A stretch of 64,000 nt of DNA from positions 15,920-79,919 of the IMG/VR virus record IMGVR_UViG_3300048591_000348. One strand, 5' to 3'. The position numbers and the translations under genes are program-made. Of this stretch, positions 1 through 9,949 are shown piece by piece. Origin of the DNA: a virus. Under the pieces are notes generated by a model. The model had not been told where the DNA came from. It saw only the letters and a program-made list of their open reading frames with translations, and made no database searches. How positions within the stretch are numbered: position 1 is the first letter of the stretch; each line of letters opens with the position of its first letter.

Positions 1-1
1 T

Positions 2-187
2 GACCTCTACCATCCAGGGATGGGACGGATAGTGCCGCTCCAGAATCTCGGCGATCTGTTTGGTCAGCGCGAGGTCGTAGGCGACGTGCGGATCGTGATT
101 GCCGTCGGACCCGGTCGCGTCATACTCGACGGTTCGCCGTGTGAAGCCGTTGATCTTCCGGCTCTGGATAGTGTAGTTGGCGTGCAT
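2..187 (-). CDS. phage hypothetical protein, 3' truncated by window edge
   Basis: ATG at 187 after an AAAGG-like SD; open frame MHANYTIQ...EILERHYPSHPWMVEV runs off the left edge. Confidence 0.55.
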   Translation of the reverse strand, partial: MHANYTIQSRKINGFTRRTVEYDATGSDGNHDPHVAYDLALTKQIAEILERHYPSHPWMVEV

Positions 188-199
188 TGACCTTTCCCC

Positions 200-236
200 A
201 AAAAGAAACGGCCCGAGAACGATGTGCTCGGGCCGA
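200..236 (-). terminator. intrinsic terminator
   Basis: CGGCCCGAG/CTCGGGCCG stem followed by a T-rich tract on the - strand, downstream of 263..823. Confidence 0.6.
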
Positions 237-262
237 TCAACGTCAACGATGTCGAACGTGCG

Positions 263-823
263 TTAGGAAGTTGCGGCCGGCGACGCGACGTTGCCGGTGT
301 GAAGCAGATGGCCGCTGATGGCCCACTGCGTGTTGGAGATCGCCGTAAGACGGAAGAACCCGCCCGCCAGCCAGCCGTCCGTTACGGCGTTCATGTCAAT
401 CGCCACATGCGATGATCCGTTGAACGCTGCCGCGGTTGTCGTCAGTCCGGTATCGCCATCGTCCATCAGGATGCTGCCGACGATGTAGTCGCCAGACACG
501 CATTCAACGCGATGTCCGACCGACGTCGGCGTTCCCGCGATGATGAAGTCGAACGTCAGCCCTGCCTCAGCGGCGGGGAGCGTGAACTTTGCGCCGTCGG
601 CCTTGTCGAAGACGCAAAGCGCCCCGCTCTGTGCCGCCGTGAGAACAACCGCGGCTCCGTCGGCGACGATGCTACGGCGCTGCTGCGCCTGACCACTGGC
701 ATTCGCGAGAACGGTCGAGTAGCCGCCATTGACGAGCTTGACTTCGCCTGCTCCCGGATCGTGCTCGATCCAGGAGGATCGATCGGATGCGAGCCAGATT
801 TTGTTAGGGCCTTTGAACGACAT
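263..823 (-). CDS. putative virion structural protein
   Basis: 186 aa, small-residue and beta-rich; FTLPAAEAGLTFDF motif is typical of capsid-associated proteins. Confidence 0.55.
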   Translation of the reverse strand: MSFKGPNKIWLASDRSSWIEHDPGAGEVKLVNGGYSTVLANASGQAQQRRSIVADGAAVVLTAAQSGALCVFDKADGAKFTLPAAEAGLTFDFIIAGTPTSVGHRVECVSGDYIVGSILMDDGDTGLTTTAAAFNGSSHVAIDMNAVTDGWLAGGFFRLTAISNTQWAISGHLLHTGNVASPAATS

Positions 824-913
824 AGGGGATTCCTTCAGTCCTGTTGCTTCTCATTTGTAGACCGACGCAGAACACCCCTTGAATACCCGAATGTTGCGAT
901 TTTAGCAACGACG

Positions 914-1309
914 CTACCGGGCGACGATCTTCCCGCCCTGATCGTAGACGTGCGTAACGAAACTCAGCCCCGCGGCCGACCGGCCCTCTCGCCAGCGGTC
1001 TATAACCGCGTCGATCTCTTTGTCGGAGAGATCGATCAGCCGCATGTCGAACGGCTTCCTGTGATCCGGGATCGGCCGGATGACAGGATTTTTCCTGCTC
1101 CCGACGGCCTCACTCGCCTTGTGCGGCATCTGGCCGAATACAATGCCTTCGTAGCGTTCGCTCGTGGAATGCACGAGCATGAATTGAGTGCTTCGATCGC
1201 CAGAAATGATCAGTTGCAGCCCCGCCATTCGCCCGGAGACTCGATCCCACTGGGCGATCTTCCTCGCCCTGAATTGCGCGATCTTGTCCGGATCGCCGTC
1301 GATCAACAT
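914..1309 (-). CDS. hypothetical protein
   Basis: 131-aa ORF co-oriented in the operon. Confidence 0.45.
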   Translation of the reverse strand: MLIDGDPDKIAQFRARKIAQWDRVSGRMAGLQLIISGDRSTQFMLVHSTSERYEGIVFGQMPHKASEAVGSRKNPVIRPIPDHRKPFDMRLIDLSDKEIDAVIDRWREGRSAAGLSFVTHVYDQGGKIVAR

Positions 1310-1322
1310 CTGAGCGTGCCGC

Positions 1323-1814
1323 CTACGGCCAGGCGATGGCCGGCAATTCGCCGATCAGATCGGCAATGCTCGGCTGTGTGCGCTGGCCATCCTGGACGGC
1401 CGCCAACTGCGCGTAGGCATACGTCCAGACGGCATCGCGCCAAGCACAGAATGCTGCGGCATCGGCTTGCCAAGCTGGAATAGTTGAGCCAACATATGAT
1501 GCGCAAGTGGCAGCGTCGTTATAGCTGCGGCTCTTCACTGTAGATTCGACGTGCGCTTGAATTGCAGCGCCGTAGTCGGCCTCAGTCAGCGGGGGAATCT
1601 CGGGGATCACCTCCACGCGGCTGCCGCCCTGCCAGCGAAAGCGCCCCGGAAACTCGCAGAATGCTGCGTGATGTTCTGGGGAGATTTCAATCGCCTGGGC
1701 GGGAATTGCCGGGTGCCTCCCCGCCTCGCCAGGTGGATAAATGACATCATTCCAGAACCCGGTCGGATTGCCGACATCGTCAAAGAGCGCATAGATTTGC
1801 ATGTTAGTACCCAT
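1323..1814 (-). CDS. tail fibre assembly-type protein
   Basis: Overlaps the end of the fibre gene; C-terminal WQADAAAFCAWRDAVW...ELPAIAWP motif. Confidence 0.7.
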   Translation of the reverse strand: MGTNMQIYALFDDVGNPTGFWNDVIYPPGEAGRHPAIPAQAIEISPEHHAAFCEFPGRFRWQGGSRVEVIPEIPPLTEADYGAAIQAHVESTVKSRSYNDAATCASYVGSTIPAWQADAAAFCAWRDAVWTYAYAQLAAVQDGQRTQPSIADLIGELPAIAWP

Positions 1815-3453
1815 TTGCCACCCACATCACCCTGAAATTGTTGCTTATTATTGAGGTCTGGATAGTGAATCCGCTTGTGGTTTGCGAGTAAATATCCACG
1901 CGACTACTCACTGATGCGTCTCCATTGCAAACTACAGGGACACCTTTCGTCGGAAACGCGACGGGATACGAAACTGATGCGCGCCCGCTGCCGTCTGTCG
2001 TCACCAGGCTGTTGCCGAATTGAAGTATGTGGCCATTCGGGAACGAGGACCACTCAGTCGCTCCGGAGCCACTACGATTGCCCTTATAATAATAATCAAG
2101 CTCACCTTTTGACATATAGCATAGGAACCACGCCCCCCATGAACCGCTTTGGCGAATGCGACGCCACAGCTTAGTGTCTGAGGACGACGCCGTACTGAAT
2201 TGGTGTAGCGTCTGCGTCACCCAGTCGGGATGTTGCGCCTCGACAGATCCAATCCACCAGCCCGCCCCAGGGCCATTGGTGGCATCCTCTGCTGTGTACC
2301 AGCCGGTCGATGTCGCGCTATTCCAATCCGTGATAGTAGGGTCGAACACACCCAAGTTCCTGCGCGCTAGAGCGATGTCATCCACGTCCGATAGATTGTT
2401 CGCGCCCAGCATGTCGCCGGCTCCGGCCGGGGCGGCCCAAGTCCCGTCGGACTTAAGATACTTGTTCGCAGCTGCATCTCCAGCGGTCGGAGCGGGGACC
2501 AACCCTTTAGTGCCCCCCGAACCGGTATCGCCTACGAACGCACTGAGGAGTGCCGTTTGCGCGCCAGCATTGGCAGCACCGACGATGCTCCTTCCCGCCG
2601 CCGTGAAATCTGCGGTCGAGAACGTGTCAGAACCTGTCGCATAGATGACCTTGTCCGCGGCCGTCGATACGCCAGCAAGAGCCGTCAGCGTGGCATCGAT
2701 GGGCTGGAATGCAGCGTTGGCCGCAGCTATTGAATAGAAGTCGGTGCCTGCTTCGAGATCGAGCAGCGTCCGCATAGCAGCGTAGTTCGCCGCCGTGACT
2801 AGAGAGACACCATTTGCGGATGCGCCTGCCAGTGAGCTTAATGTCGAACTGTAAGCCTGGACTACGCTGCCGATCCCGGATGCCATCACGGCGCCGGCAG
2901 CGGCGACGTTGGTAGCATCAGTGACGTCGGCACCGTCTTCAATGTTGAGGAGCCCCCGAATAGCTGCATAGTTGGCAGCAGCGACGAGAGACTTTCCGTT
3001 CTCGCTCGGATTGACTGCCGCCCATTCATCGAGATTGGCCGCGTAGGCTTGAACGTCCGCGCCGATCTCGATGCCGAGGTTGTCCCTTGCCTGTGACGCG
3101 TCCTGCACGTCGGATAAGTTGTTAATCGCGGCGAGGCCGCCAAGGGGGATCGCCAGCGGTCCCGATACGTAATTGCTCCCATCAAAGTAGATGACGTCGT
3201 GCTGATGCGGCGTTTGGATTTGAGAGATGTCGCGAAGATAGGGATGCAATCTCCCTAGCGGCAGCGTGCCGGCCGAAAGATCCGATGCCGATCCTGACGA
3301 GGCGACGCTTGCGAGCTGAGACGCGATGTAATCCCGGATCGCTTCCCGCGAGAATGCACTCGGCCGCACGTCGCTCGCATGCTTCCCGCCAACCAGCCAC
3401 GCTCCAGCCGGGAACACATCCTGCTGGACTTCATCGCTTAGTTCGATGCCCAC
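1804..3453 (-). CDS. tail fibre protein
   Basis: NNLSDV..ARxNLG repeats, GLVPAPTAGD motif, pyocin-knob-like DWNSATSTGWY...WGAW, gp53-like C-terminus (PNGHILQFG...YPVAFP). Confidence 0.85.
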   Translation of the reverse strand: MGIELSDEVQQDVFPAGAWLVGGKHASDVRPSAFSREAIRDYIASQLASVASSGSASDLSAGTLPLGRLHPYLRDISQIQTPHQHDVIYFDGSNYVSGPLAIPLGGLAAINNLSDVQDASQARDNLGIEIGADVQAYAANLDEWAAVNPSENGKSLVAAANYAAIRGLLNIEDGADVTDATNVAAAGAVMASGIGSVVQAYSSTLSSLAGASANGVSLVTAANYAAMRTLLDLEAGTDFYSIAAANAAFQPIDATLTALAGVSTAADKVIYATGSDTFSTADFTAAGRSIVGAANAGAQTALLSAFVGDTGSGGTKGLVPAPTAGDAAANKYLKSDGTWAAPAGAGDMLGANNLSDVDDIALARRNLGVFDPTITDWNSATSTGWYTAEDATNGPGAGWWIGSVEAQHPDWVTQTLHQFSTASSSDTKLWRRIRQSGSWGAWFLCYMSKGELDYYYKGNRSGSGATEWSSFPNGHILQFGNSLVTTDGSGRASVSYPVAFPTKGVPVVCNGDASVSSRVDIYSQTTSGFTIQTSIISNNFRVMWVANGY

Positions 3454-3456
3454 CGA

Positions 3457-3732
3457 TCAGCCCTCGCTCCAGATGATAGGTTGCCCGTTCCAGTCGAGTG
3501 GGATGCCGTGCCACGTCAGCCCGTTCACATGGACCGTTTCCGGCGCATAGACTGATCGGCGCTTGTAATGCCCCTTGAACACTCGCCGATGTCCCTCGTG
3601 CGTGCGATCGTCCTCGCCGCCGCTCGGCCCATCAAACTGATATTCGGTGACGTATTCCGACTCTATCGTGTGGCTCGGATTCGACCGCACCACGAGATCG
3701 ATCCAGGAATATTCGCGGACTTGCGTTGCCAT
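3457..3732 (-). CDS. hypothetical protein
   Basis: ATG at 3732 with AGGGG SD; abuts the fibre gene. Confidence 0.55.
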   Translation of the reverse strand: MATQVREYSWIDLVVRSNPSHTIESEYVTEYQFDGPSGGEDDRTHEGHRRVFKGHYKRRSVYAPETVHVNGLTWHGIPLDWNGQPIIWSEG

Positions 3733-4041
3733 GGCTGGCCTACCCCTCTTGATCGATATCGATCGGCGGATTGCGGGACGACAGAGCGGCGGAGACGGCA
3801 TCCGGATCGACGGGCTCGGCATCAACCGAGCGCCGGATCAGGTTGGCGCTCTTGATCGTGGCCGGACGGACGATCGTTATTCCGTGGCGCGACGTGACTT
3901 CAAGCACTGGATTCTGCGGCCAGCCGAGATCGATCTCTGTCACGGGCGTCGCGCTCCAGTCGACGGCGTCGAGCGCCGCGCGATGGGCATCGACGAATTG
4001 AGCGGGGAGCTTGTATGTGACTGAGATTGAGGATCGTCGCA

Positions 4042-4377
4042 TCATGCGCCTTTGAATTTTTGTGTCTTGCCGCAGTTTATGCAGTAGACGCGCCTGTTCG
4101 TGATGCAAAATACTTGGCACCGGCACTCGCATGTCCAGTGGTTCTCGTCGAAAAACGCGGGCGGCTCGGTGAGCGCCCCGCGCTGAGACCCGCACTTCGG
4201 GCACTCGAGTCCAGTCGTCCATGTCGGCGCCGAGCCGTGCCACTCGTGATCGCAGTTGAGGCAGCGCACCCGCCCCTGGATGTGCTCGTCCGCGGGGACC
4301 GCGTCCGGCACCAGTGCCGCATCCAGCATGCGCTTCTGCCGGACGACGGGGAGCAGAATGACGTCACCCATAGGCAT
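4042..4377 (-). CDS. Zn-ribbon hypothetical protein
   Basis: Several CxxC/CxC pairs; GGAG SD. Confidence 0.6.
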   Translation of the reverse strand: MPMGDVILLPVVRQKRMLDAALVPDAVPADEHIQGRVRCLNCDHEWHGSAPTWTTGLECPKCGSQRGALTEPPAFFDENHWTCECRCQVFCITNRRVYCINCGKTQKFKGA

Positions 4378-4412
4378 TCTCCTTGGCGACTACAGCCTCG
4401 ATCTGGCGATAT

Positions 4413-6137
4413 TTAAGCATCGCTGTAGTCCTGCACTCGGTAGCTCTCGAAGACGGCCGCCGGCAGCGGATTCATGTCGTACACTCGGGACATGGCATCG
4501 ATCAGATCGTCGTGAGCGGAGAAGGGGAAGAACGCGAACTCGAGGAAGAACTCGCGCACGAGATCATACAGCTTGCCGTCCTCGTTCTTTCGACGGAGCG
4601 GCTGCATAAGGCGCCAATGCTCGCCGGCCTGCTGCACGCGACGCTCTTCCCTGTGCAGATTTGGATACGGCCTGTAATTGATTTGCTCCGATCCCTCGTC
4701 GACGCTCCAGGCTGCGCTTTTCGCGCCGTCGGCTGCGGACGGATGCCAGACGCGCGCCGGAATGAAGAAGCCGCCTAGCCGGAAGTCAGGCTCCAGGCGC
4801 TCCACTCTGAATTTCTTGCTCTCTCGCCCCACCTGCCCAGTCCAATTCAGCTCGGTGATCGAGAAGTGATGCCCGTCGACTCGCATCTGCTCTGCAAAAT
4901 ACTCGTCGTCCGATTGCTGGCCGAAGCGCTCGTATCCGACAGAAACAGTCTGGACTCCCGGCATCGTCGACCATCTCTTGTGCAGCTCGGAGAGACGCTT
5001 CCATCTTTCGGAGAGCGGCATTCGATGGCAGTACCCGTCGAGCAAGTATTTATTGCTATTCGGATCTATGCCGATCACAACGAGCGCTGTCCGATCGCTC
5101 GTCGCACTCCTGCCGCGCGATGGATCGCCCATGATATAGACGTTCATCATCGACGGGCGCACCCAGTACGGGCGCAGCCATGACGTTCTGAACATATTCT
5201 CCCGGCCGGCGATCGGATTCTGTAGGAATTGCGCCGCGATCGTCGATCGCATCTCCTTCTTGGCCGTCTCCCAAGCCTCCGCCGAAAGAAAGACCGGGCT
5301 TCCCTCCAGCGTGCCATCATCCGTCGCTGGATGCAGTCTCGGCTTCGCGACACCGTTCTCGATCAACTGGCCGTAGCTATCGGCGTAGTGATACCGCGTG
5401 CCTACCATTCGCCGCCGCGTCTTCTCGCCAATCCCGATCGGGAACGAGAGTTCGGTCCGCTCCGTCGCCTTGGCGATTTGCTCGGGGTTTGTGACGTTTC
5501 GCTCAGTGATGATGTCGTCGTAAAACAGGAATGGAAAGTGTTTCCCGGTGGGCAGCGCGTCGATCAGGCCATGCGCCTCGAACGTCGCCTCGCGGAAGTT
5601 GCCTTGTCTCCGTATGATCAGCCCGTTGTCGAGCGACCACATCGAAGACTCTACTCTAGGATTTTGATATAGAGCGTCTGCATAAGTCTTCTTCAGCGCC
5701 TCGTTGCCCTCAAGCTCATCTTTGATTTGCTGCAAGAACGGCCGTGCCAGGCTCTTGTTGTTGGAAAATATACAAATGCGCGTCTCGGGATCGACAAGGG
5801 CTTCCTGGATCGCGCCGGCGAATGTGGCTAAACTACTCTTGTAATGATACCGACTCCACAAATCCAAGTGGCCGTCCGGTTCGATCTCGATCTCCCGCGC
5901 GCGATCATAGATCCACGGATGGATGCCATCGATGCGATTCAGGAGTCCCGTGAACAAAAAGAACCTGTCGTTGCAGCCCAACAGCGCCAGCTCTGCGGGC
6001 TGTAGCCTCGGCACCGCCGCTGCGTAGAACTCCATCGCTTCCGAGAATGAAAGATACGGGAGTTTGTTCGTAATCAGAGATACGAGACTAGGACTCGCGC
6101 CTTTGGCGTAGCGCTCTGCGCGCAAAGGGCGGGACAC
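4413..6137 (-). CDS. terL: terminase large subunit
   Basis: Degenerate Walker A (SRYHYKSS), Walker B (FYDD), GTRY coupling motif, nuclease GDPS...D and HDDLIDAMS. Confidence 0.9.
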   Translation of the reverse strand: MSRPLRAERYAKGASPSLVSLITNKLPYLSFSEAMEFYAAAVPRLQPAELALLGCNDRFFLFTGLLNRIDGIHPWIYDRAREIEIEPDGHLDLWSRYHYKSSLATFAGAIQEALVDPETRICIFSNNKSLARPFLQQIKDELEGNEALKKTYADALYQNPRVESSMWSLDNGLIIRRQGNFREATFEAHGLIDALPTGKHFPFLFYDDIITERNVTNPEQIAKATERTELSFPIGIGEKTRRRMVGTRYHYADSYGQLIENGVAKPRLHPATDDGTLEGSPVFLSAEAWETAKKEMRSTIAAQFLQNPIAGRENMFRTSWLRPYWVRPSMMNVYIMGDPSRGRSATSDRTALVVIGIDPNSNKYLLDGYCHRMPLSERWKRLSELHKRWSTMPGVQTVSVGYERFGQQSDDEYFAEQMRVDGHHFSITELNWTGQVGRESKKFRVERLEPDFRLGGFFIPARVWHPSAADGAKSAAWSVDEGSEQINYRPYPNLHREERRVQQAGEHWRLMQPLRRKNEDGKLYDLVREFFLEFAFFPFSAHDDLIDAMSRVYDMNPLPAAVFESYRVQDYSDA

Positions 6138-6143
6138 GGCGTG

Positions 6144-6392
6144 TCAGATCCCCTCTCTCGTCCGCCCGGACATATGGCTTGCCGCTGCCTCGCGTCCGAT
6201 CTCTGTCGGAATGATGAGGCCGCGCTCGCCAGCAACAAGCCCGGCCGCGACGAGCCGGAGCCATGATACCGGATCGCCGGGGATCGGGCTGTTGATCGGC
6301 CCGATGCACACGCGTCCGGCGCCATCGATCGTGCCGTGTCCGGCCTCGGTCAGCCGGGCGAGCATGCTGCGCTGGATGTGCGTCGGAGTCAT
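6144..6392 (-). CDS. hypothetical protein
   Basis: Translationally coupled to the upstream ORF (ATGA overlap). Confidence 0.55.
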   Translation of the reverse strand: MTPTHIQRSMLARLTEAGHGTIDGAGRVCIGPINSPIPGDPVSWLRLVAAGLVAGERGLIIPTEIGREAAASHMSGRTREGI

Positions 6393-6748
6393 TTGGACAC
6401 CCGCGCCTTCTTTGCGGAGCGGGCTGCCTTGACGGACGCGGGCTCCTGGACGGCCGGCGCCCTCGCCTGTGCATCCGCCGCCATCTTCGCCGCCTGGATC
6501 AGCGCCATCGCTGCCGGCTCGATCTTCGGCAGCGCGAACAGCGCCTCTGGCGTCTCCTTGACTTGCGTATTCGCGTGAAACAGGTGCTCCCGATCCGATC
6601 CATCCTCGCCGCGGGACTTCATCGACGTCACCCCGCCGATAAAAAGCATCGTGATCCCCTTCTCGTCCACGCGTTTCATCGACAGAATGGCGGCGAGATT
6701 GATGAATGCCGGGCTTCCGTCCGGCGCCGTGGCCTTAATCCAGTGCAT
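6389..6748 (-). CDS. hypothetical protein (FlbD/SwrD-like motifs)
   Basis: FINLAAI...VKETPE motif; GGAA SD. Confidence 0.55.
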   Translation of the reverse strand: MHWIKATAPDGSPAFINLAAILSMKRVDEKGITMLFIGGVTSMKSRGEDGSDREHLFHANTQVKETPEALFALPKIEPAAMALIQAAKMAADAQARAPAVQEPASVKAARSAKKARVSK

Positions 6749-6751
6749 TGT

Positions 6752-6991
6752 CTATTCCTTCCCCCGAAGAACGCCTGGCGCGCCCCGAATCGCGGCAAGC
6801 AGGCGAAGATAGGCGATTACGGCACCAGGCGGTCGGGCTCTTCCCGTCGTCCAGCTGCTGACCGTGCTCGGATGCACTCCGACGCGACGCGCGAGATCCG
6901 CACTGGACAGGCCGCACGCGCCGAGCAAATTCGGGAAATCCGAATACTGGCTCGGGAAATCCTTTGCGTTTCGCAAAGTCGCGCGCGGCAT
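6752..6991 (-). CDS. XRE-type HTH protein
   Basis: SSADLARRVGVHPSTVSSW helix-turn-helix. Confidence 0.7.
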   Translation of the reverse strand: MPRATLRNAKDFPSQYSDFPNLLGACGLSSADLARRVGVHPSTVSSWTTGRARPPGAVIAYLRLLAAIRGAPGVLRGKE

Positions 6992-7251
6992 CAATCGTCG
7001 CTCCGCATCAGCCGGATCGCGTCCCGCAGAGCGTACCGACACGTCTCATTCGGCACGCGCTCGACCGCGGTGCGCCAAGCGTTGCGTTCGTCCGACCGGC
7101 CGTATGCGACGCCAACGACGTAGCCGCAGACGGACAGGACGACGCTGATCGCGACGACATCAATGACTGATTCCCGGCGCCTCATGGCTGGCCAGTATCG
7201 CGACTTGTTGCGTTTTTCGCAACAACTGCCTGCACGACAGTGCTCTCGCGC

Positions 7252-7950
7252 TCAGTGCATCTTGTTTGCAGGCTTGCCCTTGGCGGCGCTGCCTGCGAAC
7301 CGCGCGGCGACTTCCGCCAGATGATCCTCGCCCGTCGCCTGCGGGATCTGGGCGGTTTCGATCGGACCGCCATCCTTCCCGGTGTGCTCCATTGCGACAC
7401 GATCGCCATAGATTTTCGGGAGCGCCTTGGAAAGCAGCCACTTGCGCGTGTCGATGCGGATGCGCGTGCGCTCCAGCGACTCTTTCCGCGGGACCAGCCG
7501 CACGCTGCCATCCTTATCAACGGTCTCCATGTAGTCGTTCACAGAATTGTCCGCGATATCAACGAGCTGATCCGCCATCCGCAAATAGCCGACCTCCCGC
7601 GCGCGCACGTATTGATTGCTGAACGGATGGGCCGGATTTGACGCCCATCCCAGCACTGCGTCTTCTCGCGGCATGCCTGGCCGCTTGCAGATAGACGTCA
7701 ACGTGTGCCCTCGAGAGAGCATCTTGCAGAGTGCTTTGCCGAGCGGGATTGAGTACAGCGTGCGGCGCTTCCTGCGCTTTGCTGTCGTCTTTTTTTTCGC
7801 CGCGATCTCCGCTGCCGGCACGATTGGCGGAGTGATCTCGGCCTTAGTCTCCTCGAGATCCTTGCCTTCCGATCGAGCTTCAGCGCGGGCTGCGGCCCGC
7901 TTGATTGCTTCGGCGGAGACTTTTGGTGCTTTTGCTCTGCGTGATGCCAT
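7252..7950 (-). CDS. terS: terminase small subunit (Sf6/P22-like)
   Basis: LTSICKRPGMP HTH, RIDTRKWLLSKALPKIYGD and EHTGKDGGPI motifs; lies upstream of terL. Confidence 0.85.
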   Translation of the reverse strand: MASRRAKAPKVSAEAIKRAAARAEARSEGKDLEETKAEITPPIVPAAEIAAKKKTTAKRRKRRTLYSIPLGKALCKMLSRGHTLTSICKRPGMPREDAVLGWASNPAHPFSNQYVRAREVGYLRMADQLVDIADNSVNDYMETVDKDGSVRLVPRKESLERTRIRIDTRKWLLSKALPKIYGDRVAMEHTGKDGGPIETAQIPQATGEDHLAEVAARFAGSAAKGKPANKMH

Positions 7951-8026
7951 GGATTGATAGCAGGGCGGCCCTACCGGGCGCCCTTTCGTGCTCTCCCCTG
8001 GTGATGATCTTGTGTTGATTTGTCTC

Positions 8027-8305
8027 TTATACGTTCTCTATCTCAAGAGCCCGACTAAGCGGGATGTTGAGGGCCTTTGCTTTGCTCTGGGCTCGGCGAA
8101 TGGCTGACTGACGATCGCTGAGCGGGTCCGGCCTGGCCTGCGATCTTGCTCGCTGCGCCGGCTGGATGTACGCATCGTATCTTGCGTTGTTCCTGTTGCG
8201 AGCCGTATTGATTTGGCTCCTCCGGCACGGCCGGCAGACGCTGCCTGGCCGTCCGCTTGGCGCCGGGATCAAATCCCGCGTCGCGCCGCAATGCTTGCAT
8301 GACAT
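8027..8305 (-). CDS. Zn-finger hypothetical protein
   Basis: CKHC...CRPC. Confidence 0.5.
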   Translation of the reverse strand: MSCKHCGATRDLIPAPSGRPGSVCRPCRRSQINTARNRNNARYDAYIQPAQRARSQARPDPLSDRQSAIRRAQSKAKALNIPLSRALEIENV

Positions 8306-8313
8306 GGCGATGC

Positions 8314-8571
8314 CTATTTGCCCTTCGGACTATTGATCGGCCTGAGTTGGCCTGGCTGGGATGTGTGCGTGATTTGAGCGGGACTGATATAGACGGCGCC
8401 CATGCCGAGGCACGTAAGCCCGAACTTTGGTGCCGCCGGGCGCTCTCGATTGAGGATTCCCTCGATTAGATCGTCCATCTTGCTGGCGTGGAGGACGCGC
8501 CCCTCCTCCTCGGACTGATCGAAGATTGCTTCGCGGATTTTCTTGGCGAGATCGCTGTTGTTCATGATCAC
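8314..8571 (-). CDS. hypothetical protein
   Basis: 85-aa ORF with a G-rich SD. Confidence 0.5.
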   Translation of the reverse strand: MIMNNSDLAKKIREAIFDQSEEEGRVLHASKMDDLIEGILNRERPAAPKFGLTCLGMGAVYISPAQITHTSQPGQLRPINSPKGK

Positions 8572-8651
8572 CCCCCCTTTTCAGTGAATGGTGGCCTCAC
8601 GATCGCTTCTGGCCTGCGGTGCGCTGATTGCGGCTGTGATACTCGGTGAAC

Positions 8652-8686
8652 AAAAAAGGCCGCAGGCTGTGATTTGCCTGCGGCCT
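8652..8686 (-). terminator. intrinsic terminator
   Basis: AGGCCGCAGGC/GCCTGCGGCCT stem plus T-tract on the - strand. Confidence 0.7.
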
Positions 8687-9253
8687 GCGACGACACGCGC
8701 GTCGCGCTCATTCTATAAATCAATATACGTGCGGCGCGGGCAAAACGCTAGCTGATGCAATTGCGCATATTGTCGCACCCTATCTTTGCCTCGCCGCGGC
8801 GGCGCACCGCGCCTCTATCGTCGGAGACGTCCCGCCCGGCGACCTTGCATACTCCGCCCGGACGCACTCCTGGTACGGAGAGAAGTAGATCCAGAGACCT
8901 ACGCCAGCGAGAATCGCGCTGGCAAGGATAAGGCTCTCGGCAACACGACTATCCATTCGGACCGCCTTTCGGGAGATAGCCAATAGACTTAAGATGCGCG
9001 ATCAGTATGCGATCCACATAAGATGCCACTGAGCGACCGTCCTCCTTAGCCGCCTTCTCGACGGCCGCTTTCGTGGCTTCTGTCACTCTGATTGAGATAG
9101 CGGACGATTTGGCCATGTGTGCACTTTATTGCAATTGACGTTCATTTGCGTCGAGCGCAATATAGTGACAGTTGCACACAAATGCAACGGGCTGAAGAAA
9201 GTGAGATCAACACTTTCTCCAGCCCTAACCACAGCGGCCGATCGGAGATCGCC

Positions 9254-9628
9254 ATGGCTGATAGCAACCATACCATCGTTCAATCCATATCCGAATCTGT
9301 AATCAGGGCAGACGCCACGCTCGCGGCAATAAAACAACTGCCATTCGTCCGAGACGCGACGCGTGCCGAGCGCGCAGCCGGAATGCCGGGGCGCAAATTC
9401 TGGGCCGTCGCATCGACTGGGGACTACGCTGCCGATCGCCGTGCCGGTCAGCAGTTTGCTCGCGAGGCATTGGCATTCATGGTCGCTCACGACTTCCCGG
9501 CGCTGCTCGGATGGATCGTGCGGGACATGTGCGCCGAGGATGATGATCGTCACCTGGGCGCAGTCGAGTGCGGCTTCCTGTCCGCCATCGCCCGCCAGGC
9601 CATCGGCGGCGCGCACGCACTTGATTAA
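9254..9628 (+). CDS. hypothetical protein, similar to the C-terminal domain of 34793..35569
   Basis: GGAG SD; FWAV..TGDY..D...G...LLGWIVRDM...VECGF motif. Confidence 0.65.
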   Translation: MADSNHTIVQSISESVIRADATLAAIKQLPFVRDATRAERAAGMPGRKFWAVASTGDYAADRRAGQQFAREALAFMVAHDFPALLGWIVRDMCAEDDDRHLGAVECGFLSAIARQAIGGAHALD

Positions 9629-9655
9629 TATTTTGCGCCTCAATATATGGAGCGC

Positions 9656-9868
9656 ATGGCGAACCAGAACGCGAACAACAATCCTCGGGGGCCAGGCCGC
9701 CCGAGGATTGCGCCGGCAGATGAGTCGGCCCAAATCAACCTGAGACTCACAAAGACCCAGCTCGATTGGCTGTCAGACGAGTCTCGGCGGCAGGGGCAGT
9801 CGGGGCGGACGGCGGTCATTCGTCGCCTAATCGACGACGCGATGGCTACCTACGGCCGGAAGAGATAG
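9656..9868 (+). CDS. ribbon-helix-helix (CopG-like) regulator
   Basis: GPGRP...INLRLT..QLDWL...RTAVIRRLIDDAM. Confidence 0.7.
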   Translation: MANQNANNNPRGPGRPRIAPADESAQINLRLTKTQLDWLSDESRRQGQSGRTAVIRRLIDDAMATYGRKR

Positions 9869-9904
9869 ACAAAAAAGCGCAATTATCACGATTTTGTGAT
9901 CAAT

Positions 9905-9949
9905 GTTCTTTTGTTGTTCTGTTTTGGGGCTCATAAACTATGGTATAAT
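9905..9949 (+). promoter_or_regulatory. promoter with extended -10 and upstream alphaproteobacterial LexA box
   Basis: GTTC-TTTTGTT-GTTC at 9905-9919; TGGTATAAT at 9941-9949. Confidence 0.6.
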
